Positions 28,699 through 36,506 of a stretch of 64,000 nucleotides of DNA are shown piece after piece. The notes under the pieces were generated by a model that did not search any database, was not told the origin of the DNA, and saw only the letters and a list, made by a program, of their open reading frames with translations. The stretch is taken from IMG/VR virus record IMGVR_UViG_3300042691_042003, positions 124,001-188,000 of that record; one strand, written 5' to 3'. The number at the start of each line of letters is the position of its first letter. The first letter of the stretch is position 1. A program made the translations under genes and the position numbers.

Positions 28699-28998
28699 AT
28701 GAAGCTATTTTTTGGATGGTCTAATATTCGTTGGTTCTTATTAGAGATAGGGAAACTTTATAGTGCAGAAAAATCTTATTTTTCTAAAAAAAGAATTGAA
28801 TCTGGATTAGCTTTCTTAATCGGACAATGGGGAATGATTTACTACATGTTAGAAAAACACAGCATTTTAACTATGAGTGAAATTCTTTTCTGGGCAGCTG
28901 CTGAATTTGCAATTGCCGGATATATGCTAAATCATATCCAAAAAGAAAAGGTGACCCTTTCTGAAACAAATAATGAAGAACAACAAATAAATTCTTAA
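28699..28998 (+). CDS. Small membrane protein (holin-like candidate)
   Basis: Two hydrophobic helices; SYFSKKRIESGLAF. Confidence 0.5.
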   Translation: MKLFFGWSNIRWFLLEIGKLYSAEKSYFSKKRIESGLAFLIGQWGMIYYMLEKHSILTMSEILFWAAAEFAIAGYMLNHIQKEKVTLSETNNEEQQINS

Positions 28999-28999
28999 T

Positions 29000-29428
29000 A
29001 TGAAAATAAATACTTTCGAACAATTTTTGAATGAATCTGCAGTTAGATTTACTTCAAATCCTTCACACGCTCAGCTAGCAGCTGATGGCCTTTCTCTACT
29101 CGATCAAATTCGTGTTTGGCATTGGCAAGTAACTATTGGAGACCTTCATAAAGCTCTTGGAGATTTTTATGATGAATTTTCTGGATTAAACGATACCCTA
29201 GTTGAAGCAGTTATGGGTAAGTACGGTAGATTCAGTATTAAAGGAACTAAATCACAAATCCTTGTTGATTACGATGTAGCTACTTTTGATTCTGCAATTG
29301 CTAATTACGAATCTCTTTACACAAATGATTATCGTAAGCTTTTTACTTCTGATCCTGAAATCTGCAATATTCTTGACGAAATCGTAGCAGAAATGCAGAA
29401 GCTTAAGTACCTTTCAACAATGTCTTAA
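29000..29428 (+). CDS. Ferritin/Dps-like four-helix protein (DUF5856-like) with leader
   Basis: HWQ...HKALGDFYD...D.LVEAVMGKYGR; L.NILDEI...KLKYL; leader MKINTFEQFLNE. Confidence 0.75.
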   Translation: MKINTFEQFLNESAVRFTSNPSHAQLAADGLSLLDQIRVWHWQVTIGDLHKALGDFYDEFSGLNDTLVEAVMGKYGRFSIKGTKSQILVDYDVATFDSAIANYESLYTNDYRKLFTSDPEICNILDEIVAEMQKLKYLSTMS

Positions 29429-29429
29429 T

Positions 29430-29840
29430 ATGTTCGATTCTAATTTTACTTTTACGTTGGATGACGTAAAAGACTATCAGCATTTGGAATTTCTAATAAA
29501 AGAAGAAGCTTTTCGAATATTTAATTCAAAAAAAGCAAGAAATGGAAGAACTTTTGAAGAAATTCTAGATAAAGTAAAAGTCGGTAAAACCGCCGAATAT
29601 TATCTAGTAGAACAAGGTCTTTTTAAACCAGCAAAAGACATATATCATGATTTAATTGATGAAGAAGAAGATTTTGTAGAAGTAAAAGCTTATGATGTTT
29701 ATGATTCTAATGCTCCTCATGTAAAATCAGAAATAGAAAGGATTCGTAATTCAGAATGGAATCAATCTAAATGGATGCTACTATTTCAGTATCGAAATAA
29801 TAGATACACTTTTTTAGAAAAAATTTTTATTAAGGATTGA
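29430..29840 (+). CDS. Putative restriction-endonuclease-fold (PD-(D/E)XK) protein
   Basis: GKTAE...HDLID...VEVKA spacing. Confidence 0.5.
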   Translation: MFDSNFTFTLDDVKDYQHLEFLIKEEAFRIFNSKKARNGRTFEEILDKVKVGKTAEYYLVEQGLFKPAKDIYHDLIDEEEDFVEVKAYDVYDSNAPHVKSEIERIRNSEWNQSKWMLLFQYRNNRYTFLEKIFIKD

Positions 29841-29867
29841 AACTCATAAAAATTTCAATCATATAAT
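29839..29867 (+). promoter_or_regulatory. Candidate class II promoter GAAAC-N16-CATATAAT driving the hairpin array
   Basis: Repeated motif ending about 20 nt before the first stem. Confidence 0.55.
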
Positions 29868-29880
29868 TTATACTTTTAAA

Positions 29881-30165
29881 AATTAAAGATTAGATACAGC
29901 AAACTAAATACAAACTATGGATCAATCGTTTAATAAGGTCGGATCTTATTCTACGAAAAACGAAAAACGAATCCTCGTTCCAGCAATGGTAATCAAAGTC
30001 GAATCTCTAATCTGAACTAATTAAAAGGGTAGTTTCCGCAAATTAATTACATGAATACCGCACAATTCAAATCCTCTACCCTGTCTAAAAAATTAAAGAG
30101 TGAATTCAGCAATAATTAACAAATTATCAATTGAACCTTGACCAACCCCTTCACTCTGTTTTTTT
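29881..30165 (+). ncRNA. Array of three stem-closed RNA units sharing a C(A/C)GCAA motif
   Basis: Stems AGATTAGA/TCTAATCT (29887-29894/30006-30013), AGGGTAG/CTACCCT (30026-30032/30076-30082) and AGAGTGAA/TTCACTCT (30097-30104/30150-30157). Each is preceded by AATTAA, followed by C(A/C)GCAA after the 5' arm, and followed by G after the 3' arm. Confidence 0.8.
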
Positions 30166-30189
30166 AAGAAATTTTTCAAATCAAATTAT

Positions 30190-31629
30190 ATGAGCACTTT
30201 CGTTAAAGCAATGCAAAATAGAAACGAGGTTACCAAAAACGGTATGGTAACTAATAGTTCATCTCTTTCTTCTTGTGTAGATTTGTTCTTCACTATTGGA
30301 GCTTATCGATCTAAGGTCAATGATCCTCAAGCAATGATGGATCTTATAGGTAAACTTGAAGCTTCTTTCAGTCAGGATCCTTTGCTTACTCGTAAAATGC
30401 TTTTTTGGGTAAGGGATGTACGAGGAGGTGCAGGTGAACGAGAAGTTTTCCGTAAAATCCTTCGTTATCTTTGCCATACATATCCAAAATATGTAGAAAA
30501 TAACATCCATCTAATTCCTGAATTTGGTAGATGGGATGATCTTTTTATTACTTTCGGTACTTCTGTAGAAGATGTTGCAATGGAATTTATTGAAGATACT
30601 TTAAGTAGTGAAAATTCAGGTCTTCTTGCTAAATGGATTCCTAGGACAGGAGGTAAAATTTCTAAGGAGAAAAGAGTAATTGCTAATAAGATTAGGACTC
30701 ACTTAGGAATGACTCCTCGAGATTTTCGTAAATTTATCGTTTCTAAAACCAATGTTGTAGAACAACAAATGTGTAAGAAGGAATTTGATAAAATCGAATA
30801 TCAAAAAGTTCCTTCTCTTGCAATGAGCCGTTATACAAATGCTTTCCAGAAGAATGATTCTGAAGGTTATGGAAAATATATTTCTGCTGTTCAATCAGGT
30901 GAAGCTAAAGTAAATGCTTCTGCTGTTTATCCTTATGATATTGTAAAAAATCTTCGATACGGAGATCAAAATCTTTCTATTGAACAATGGAAAGCTCTTC
31001 CAAATTTCATGGAAGGAAGTAAAGAAAGAGTACTTCCTGTATGTGATGTTTCTGGTTCAATGGAAACTCCTGTTAGTGGAATAACAACTGCATTAGATGT
31101 TTGTATCTCATTAGGTCTTTATATTTCTGAAAGAAACGAAGGTCCTTTTAAGAATGCATTTATTACATTTTCCGAAAACCCTACTCTTCAATATTTGCAA
31201 GGTGATTTACGGTCTCGTTTTATGCAACTTCAATCCTCTGAATGGGGAATGAATACAAATCTAGAAGGAACATTTAAAACAATTCTAGAACAAGCTAAAA
31301 AGAACGATCTTATACAAGAAGAAATGCCTACTTGCATTCTTATTATGTCAGATATGGAATTTGATCAGGCAATCGATCATGAAGAAACTGCAATGGATAT
31401 GATTCGTAGAGAATTCGATTCTCATGGATATGATCTTCCTAAAATTGTTTTTTGGAATCTTAATGCAGGAAAAAGAAATATTCCTGTTCAAATGGATGAA
31501 AATGGGACTGCTTTGATTAGTGGATTCTCTCCTTCCATTCTTAAATCAGTTCTTTCTGGATCTACTATGACCCCTGAATCCATTATGATGGAAACACTTA
31601 ACACAGAAAGGTACTCTGTTGTAAAATGA
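30190..31629 (+). CDS. DUF2828-like Ro60/TROVE-type helical repeat plus vWA (MIDAS) protein
   Basis: DLFF, KMLFWVRDVRGGAGERE, FGRWDDL, AKWIPR, QKVPSLAM; vWA CDVSGSM and IMSDMEFD. Confidence 0.85.
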   Translation: MSTFVKAMQNRNEVTKNGMVTNSSSLSSCVDLFFTIGAYRSKVNDPQAMMDLIGKLEASFSQDPLLTRKMLFWVRDVRGGAGEREVFRKILRYLCHTYPKYVENNIHLIPEFGRWDDLFITFGTSVEDVAMEFIEDTLSSENSGLLAKWIPRTGGKISKEKRVIANKIRTHLGMTPRDFRKFIVSKTNVVEQQMCKKEFDKIEYQKVPSLAMSRYTNAFQKNDSEGYGKYISAVQSGEAKVNASAVYPYDIVKNLRYGDQNLSIEQWKALPNFMEGSKERVLPVCDVSGSMETPVSGITTALDVCISLGLYISERNEGPFKNAFITFSENPTLQYLQGDLRSRFMQLQSSEWGMNTNLEGTFKTILEQAKKNDLIQEEMPTCILIMSDMEFDQAIDHEETAMDMIRREFDSHGYDLPKIVFWNLNAGKRNIPVQMDENGTALISGFSPSILKSVLSGSTMTPESIMMETLNTERYSVVK

Positions 31630-32024
31630 TAAATCCAACTGAAATAATTTCTTCCGTAATTGGTTATGAAGGAAGAATGATTAGTTTTTCTAAGTCAGGA
31701 TATAGAAGAGATCATCCTGAAAATATAGTAATTTTTAATGCAAATATCATTCAAAAAATTGACGGAAGATACGAGAAGATATGGTTCGGAGATCTTGATA
31801 TTACTCTCGATTATGAAAAGCTAATTCAAATTTCCGAATTGCTAGATACGGAAATTTTTGTACTTCACGAAATGGATTGTAGGTTTGATAACGAAGATAA
31901 ACCTAATGTAATGAATTTCGTAGTAAGCTCTTTCTTTAATCGAAATAGCCCTATTGAAATTAATAAATCTTTTGATACATATTATAAAATAATTAATGGA
32001 ATTCCAAAACGCATAAATGCTTAA
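31626..32024 (+). CDS. Hypothetical protein
   Basis: Operonic; GRMISFSKSGY...FNANI...KIWFGDLD. Confidence 0.7.
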   Translation: MINPTEIISSVIGYEGRMISFSKSGYRRDHPENIVIFNANIIQKIDGRYEKIWFGDLDITLDYEKLIQISELLDTEIFVLHEMDCRFDNEDKPNVMNFVVSSFFNRNSPIEINKSFDTYYKIINGIPKRINA

Positions 32025-32517
32025 TAGGAAAAATAAAATAAACGATGAAGTTCGTTACCCTCAGGTAAGGGTCATAGGTGAAGGAGAATCACAAATAATG
32101 AGCTCTCGAGATGCCTATCAATTAGCAAAATCTCAAAATCTTGATTTAATTCTTGTAAATGAAAATCAAAATCCTCCAATAGTTAGGATTGCCGATTATC
32201 AGAAATTTTTATACTTACAAGAAAAATCAGAAAAAGAAAGATCGAAAAACACAAAATTTGAGATAAAAGAAATTCAACTTAGTTGTGATATAGCCGAAAA
32301 TGATTTAAAAACTAAGGCTAATCACGCTATTCGATTTCTTCAAAAAGGAGATCGAGTTAAAGTTGTTTTAGCTTTAATTGGTAGGCAAAAAAGTACTCCT
32401 CAAAGAGGAGAAAATACCATGTTAAATTTTGAAGAACGGATATCAGATATTGCTAGTCCCGAATCGGCTATTAAATATGACGGTAATCGTTGGATAGCAA
32501 TATATAAAAGAAAATGA
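32017..32517 (+). CDS. infC: Translation initiation factor IF-3
   Basis: INDEVRYPQVRVI, DLILV..NQNPPIVRIADYQKFLY, KEIQL...ENDL.TK...AIRFLQKGDRVKV...GRQ. Confidence 0.93.
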   Translation: MLNRKNKINDEVRYPQVRVIGEGESQIMSSRDAYQLAKSQNLDLILVNENQNPPIVRIADYQKFLYLQEKSEKERSKNTKFEIKEIQLSCDIAENDLKTKANHAIRFLQKGDRVKVVLALIGRQKSTPQRGENTMLNFEERISDIASPESAIKYDGNRWIAIYKRK

Positions 32518-32720
32518 GAATAACAAATAATAGATTACAAGATTGGGTAATTACCTTTATTATCATGATGGGATTAACTTGTTTTTTCGGATTACTTGTA
32601 GATCCTACGCTATTTGAATACACCCCAGAAAATCCAAGTATTTTTATTAAACAAAAAGCTTTTGTTTTAACTAGTACTTTTATCAATGGAATATTATCTT
32701 ATTTTTTAACAAGGAAATAA
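32514..32720 (+). CDS. Two-TM membrane protein
   Basis: Two hydrophobic segments; operonic. Confidence 0.6.
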   Translation: MRITNNRLQDWVITFIIMMGLTCFFGLLVDPTLFEYTPENPSIFIKQKAFVLTSTFINGILSYFLTRK

Positions 32721-32721
32721 A

Positions 32722-33624
32722 ATGTTAGGAGTACACGTTTTTGAAAAAAGAGGTCCTATCGAATGGGAAGATGAAATGCTTGCAGTTAATCTCCTTTCAA
32801 TTCTTAGTTGGAAAAAATTTCATGGACCGATACATCTTTATACGAACGAAGAGTATCTGGAAACTCTTCGCAAATGGGGTATCGATAAGTTTTATGATAA
32901 AATAGATACTCATACTTTAAAACAAATTCCAGATAGGCTAAACCAAAAAGATTATTGGGCTTTCGGTAAAATTCACGTTGCAGGTGAAATTTCTGAACCT
33001 TTCGTTTTAATAGATACCGATCTTTGGTTAAACGGTCCTTTAGAATTTGATAATGATTATTCTTTTGTTGCTTATCATTATGAAAATTTTGATATTGAAT
33101 CTAAATTAAATCCTTATGTAGATTTCGATAATTTTATTCCTGAAAAATGGATAGGACGATGGAATAAAGATATTATGCCTGTAAATACAGCACTTCTTTG
33201 GTTTAATAATAACGTACTAAAAAACGAATGGATTGAAATTGCTAAGGAAATTGCTCTTCAACCGAATCAGACTTCTCTAGAAGATCGATTCGGATCCAAA
33301 AAAATGGTTCTTATTGAGCAAAGAATTCTTCCTATGCTTGCTTACGAAAGAGGATTAAAATACGATACTTTCATTTATCACATTTATCAAAGTCATCTTA
33401 TAGGTAATCGAGAAGGTTTCGAATGGGATCCTCCTACTAGGGATTGGAATGAACAAGAAAGAAAAGACTTTAGTAAAATTCGACATATTTGGGGTGCAAA
33501 AAAATACTTTAAATTCGATAAAGAATTTAAAAGAGATGTTTTTGATTGTATTTTGTATGATTTTGAACCTTTCAAAGAGAAGGAAGAATTCAAAAAATTA
33601 TTATCAAAATTAATCATCGAATAA
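32722..33624 (+). CDS. DUF6734-like GT-A-type protein
   Basis: SILSWKK...LYT, WAFGKI...EPFVLIDTDLWL. Confidence 0.6.
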   Translation: MLGVHVFEKRGPIEWEDEMLAVNLLSILSWKKFHGPIHLYTNEEYLETLRKWGIDKFYDKIDTHTLKQIPDRLNQKDYWAFGKIHVAGEISEPFVLIDTDLWLNGPLEFDNDYSFVAYHYENFDIESKLNPYVDFDNFIPEKWIGRWNKDIMPVNTALLWFNNNVLKNEWIEIAKEIALQPNQTSLEDRFGSKKMVLIEQRILPMLAYERGLKYDTFIYHIYQSHLIGNREGFEWDPPTRDWNEQERKDFSKIRHIWGAKKYFKFDKEFKRDVFDCILYDFEPFKEKEEFKKLLSKLIIE

Positions 33625-33643
33625 AAATCAACATATAATTATT

Positions 33644-34138
33644 ATGGAAAAACCTATTTATCAATCTACGGTCGAATTCTATTATTTTAATAGAGTAGAA
33701 GGAAATACTTTCCCAAAAGGAACCGTTTTTTATCCAGAAATTCTTTCTGATGAATATGTAGGAATTCATTACGATTTAAAAAAACCGGTTAGAATTTCTT
33801 CTAATTTTTTCGAAGAAAATAAAATTGTTCGATTTAACGAAGTATCTCATGAGTATCTAAACGGTTTTATGATTTTCATCGAAGCTATAAGACTTTTAAG
33901 ATATTCTAAAATGAATAAAGAAGAAATGATTGAAGAATTATCAAAAGCTTTAGGTTTTCTTGCTTTTTCCGATACAGATTTCGAAGATATCGATAAAGAT
34001 TTAGATTGGCCTGAAAATGAATTATTTAACCAGAAAACAGAAAAGATTGATGAATATGTTATAGGTAAATCACCTGTAACTGCTTATACTTGGTCTTGGT
34101 CAAGTTCAGGAGCTCATTCTACCTACAAATATGATTAA
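33644..34138 (+). CDS. Hypothetical protein
   Basis: 164-aa ORF after CATATAAT at 33632. Confidence 0.6.
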   Translation: MEKPIYQSTVEFYYFNRVEGNTFPKGTVFYPEILSDEYVGIHYDLKKPVRISSNFFEENKIVRFNEVSHEYLNGFMIFIEAIRLLRYSKMNKEEMIEELSKALGFLAFSDTDFEDIDKDLDWPENELFNQKTEKIDEYVIGKSPVTAYTWSWSSSGAHSTYKYD

Positions 34139-34361
34139 TACTAAAGATCTAAAATCGAAACCTACAATTAATTTTTCTCAAGGGATTTTTACTTGGATGA
34201 CTAAGTTAACTAATGAAGAACTTAAGGCTTGGGAAGATTCTGCATTCGAAAGAGCTAAAAAAATGTTTGAAGAACAAAATAGAGAATATCGTCATGATGA
34301 AGCTGCTGCTTTTGTTAGAGACGAAGCAAGGCTAATAGAAAGAGATTATACACATTTTTAA
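34131..34361 (+). CDS. Hypothetical protein
   Basis: Operonic ORF. Confidence 0.55.
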   Translation: MINTKDLKSKPTINFSQGIFTWMTKLTNEELKAWEDSAFERAKKMFEEQNREYRHDEAAAFVRDEARLIERDYTHF

Positions 34362-34362
34362 T

Positions 34363-34629
34363 ATGAAAAAAGCAATTAGATTTACGGCTTCTTGGTGTGG
34401 CCCTTGTAAAATGTACGCACCAATTTGGGAAAAAGTTTCGGAAGAGAAATCAAGTTGGGAATTCCAAACTGTTGATATCGATGAAAATTACGAATTAGCA
34501 AGTAAATACAATGTTCGTTCGGTTCCTACAACTATTTTTGAAGAGAATGGAACAGTTATATCTAGACATGTAGGAGTTCTACAAAAAAATGATTTACTTC
34601 TAAAGCTAGATGAAAATTCATTGAATTAA
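34363..34629 (+). CDS. trxA: Thioredoxin
   Basis: FTASWCGPCK, VDIDE, YNVRSVPT. Confidence 0.92.
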   Translation: MKKAIRFTASWCGPCKMYAPIWEKVSEEKSSWEFQTVDIDENYELASKYNVRSVPTTIFEENGTVISRHVGVLQKNDLLLKLDENSLN

Positions 34630-34773
34630 TCCAATGACCTATTTGTATTGTTTAAATTTAGTTCTGAACGTAAAGAGAAGAGATTTAAATTTGTACACTC
34701 TTTACAGAAATATAAAATTATCACTTAGCTTAGACTTTATTTTTATTATTTTCTATATTTTATACACAAATTC

Positions 34774-34980
34774 ATGAAAGGCAAACTTGTAAAATTTAAT
34801 GGTGATTGGGTTATCCAATATTTTGATGCATTTTCCGTAAGTAATATCCCTTTACATCCGGCAGATAAAACTTCTTTTTTAAACGAAGGATCTGAAGTAG
34901 AATTCGATATTTTTGATGAAGAAGTAATGATCGAAGGTAAAGATAGGTTTGCTAGAATTTTAATCCAACATAATTTTTAA
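34774..34980 (+). CDS. Hypothetical protein (OB-like small beta domain)
   Basis: MKGKL..W...LPLHP-type start; similar to 41050. Confidence 0.55.
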   Translation: MKGKLVKFNGDWVIQYFDAFSVSNIPLHPADKTSFLNEGSEVEFDIFDEEVMIEGKDRFARILIQHNF

Positions 34981-35996
34981 TGGAAATAGACGTAATATTA
35001 GGACTTCAATACGGAGATGAGGCAAAAGCTAAATGCACTTATTCTCTTCTAAAACCTCATCCTGGAGGTGGATCTGATGAATATGATTATGCTTTTCGAT
35101 TTAATGGAGGACCTAATGCAGGTCATACCATTTATCATGAAAAACGTAAGATCGTAACTCATCAAGTTCCAATTGGTGTATTTTTTGATATACCTTCCAT
35201 TATCGGACCCGGATGTGTTGTTGATTTAGGAAAGCTAGAAGCCGAAGTAAAAGAAATTTCGGAATTTCTAGGAAAGGATATATCTAATCTTATTTCTATA
35301 GATTATCGAGCACACATCATAACCGAAGAACATAAAGAATTAGATTCGGATGGATCTACTATTGGATCGACTCGTTCAGGTATTGGTTATGCATATTCTG
35401 ATAAACATCTTAGAAGAGGAATCCGTTTTGAAAATGTCGTTTCAGATTTTCAAAAGATCGATTCTCTACAAATTCTAAACGGACAAAACGATTATTTTAT
35501 CCTATTTGAAGGAGCTCAAGGATGGGGTTTAGATATTAATTTTGGTGATTATCCTTACGTAACTTCTTCTCTTTGTGGAATTGCAGGGGTAATTGCAAGT
35601 GGTGTAAGACCTATCGATATACGTAACGTAATTGGAGTAGCAAAGATATATGAAACTTACGTAGGTAACAAACAATTTCAATCGGAAGATCCGATTTTTA
35701 TACGATTACAAGAAGAAGGACAAGAGATTGGTGCAACAACCGGTCGTAAAAGACAATGTAATTGGTTAGATTTAGATCGTCTAATCGAGGCTTGTAGTGT
35801 TAATCAAGTCACTGCAATTATTATAAACAAAACTGATATTCTTGAAAAGGTAGGAGTTTTTAAGTGCTTCTTTGAAGGAAAAATGAAAGAATTTAATTCT
35901 ATTGATGATCTAAAAGATTTTATCACTAAAACTTTAGAAGAATCATTTGGAGAAGATTTTCCGATTGTTTTTTCTGATAATCCTTATACTATATGA
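34980..35996 (+). CDS. purA: Adenylosuccinate synthetase, compact form
   Basis: GLQYGDEAKAK, GGPNAGHT, EGAQG, PYVTSS, GATTGRKR, NKTD; catalytic Asp13 retained. Confidence 0.88.
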   Translation: MEIDVILGLQYGDEAKAKCTYSLLKPHPGGGSDEYDYAFRFNGGPNAGHTIYHEKRKIVTHQVPIGVFFDIPSIIGPGCVVDLGKLEAEVKEISEFLGKDISNLISIDYRAHIITEEHKELDSDGSTIGSTRSGIGYAYSDKHLRRGIRFENVVSDFQKIDSLQILNGQNDYFILFEGAQGWGLDINFGDYPYVTSSLCGIAGVIASGVRPIDIRNVIGVAKIYETYVGNKQFQSEDPIFIRLQEEGQEIGATTGRKRQCNWLDLDRLIEACSVNQVTAIIINKTDILEKVGVFKCFFEGKMKEFNSIDDLKDFITKTLEESFGEDFPIVFSDNPYTI

Positions 35997-36253
35997 GATT
36001 TGAAGATTTTTATACTCGTTATGTAGGAGAAATTATACCTGGAAAACCTTCTTATATTCGTAACGGTCAAGCTTTAATGAATTTTCTTCATGAAATTTGG
36101 CCTGATGAATCAAAAAGGATTGTAGAAGGGATTTATCAAGATCAAAACCTTGATTGTTTTCATAACGATAGCTACATATCCATTACAATTAATCATTTAG
36201 AAAAAGTTTGGCATAAAAGAGATGAAGAACAGAGAAAATATATCCTCGATTGA
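35993..36253 (+). CDS. Hypothetical protein
   Basis: IRNGQALMNFL...LDCFHND. Confidence 0.6.
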   Translation: MRFEDFYTRYVGEIIPGKPSYIRNGQALMNFLHEIWPDESKRIVEGIYQDQNLDCFHNDSYISITINHLEKVWHKRDEEQRKYILD

Positions 36254-36506
36254 GTTACTTAATTCAGAAGGACCTATCCTTAAAGCTTATAAAATAGGAA
36301 AGGAATTCGTCGTACAAGATGAACATAAAGAGCTAATCGGAATCCTTAAGAAAGATAAAATGATAGATTTTATTTATGACAAAATGTCACTTATTGATTC
36401 TAAAAATCGACTTTTCGTTTATGGAAAATTTCCCGGTTCTATGAAACCTGACCTAAGAAAGCTTGCAGAATTTATTGGTTTAGATACTGAAGGAATGACA
36501 TTTTAA
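36222..36506 (+). CDS. Hypothetical protein
   Basis: Operonic ORF converging on the minus-strand gene. Confidence 0.55.
   Translation: MKNRENISSIELLNSEGPILKAYKIGKEFVVQDEHKELIGILKKDKMIDFIYDKMSLIDSKNRLFVYGKFPGSMKPDLRKLAEFIGLDTEGMTF

Noticed and set aside
29881-30165. tRNA genes or canonical bacterial Y RNA
   Set aside because: No cloverleaf, no TTCRA T-loop and no GNCGAA Ro-binding motif were found by eye.
34630-34773. Read-through extension or small gene after thioredoxin
   Set aside because: The frame after the TAA stays open for about 32 codons, but there is no start codon or recoding signal.
34980-35996. PurZ / 2-aminoadenine DNA system
   Set aside because: Asp13 is retained (GDE, not GS), the NKTD guanine-specificity motif is present, and no dATPase or MazZ is visible nearby.
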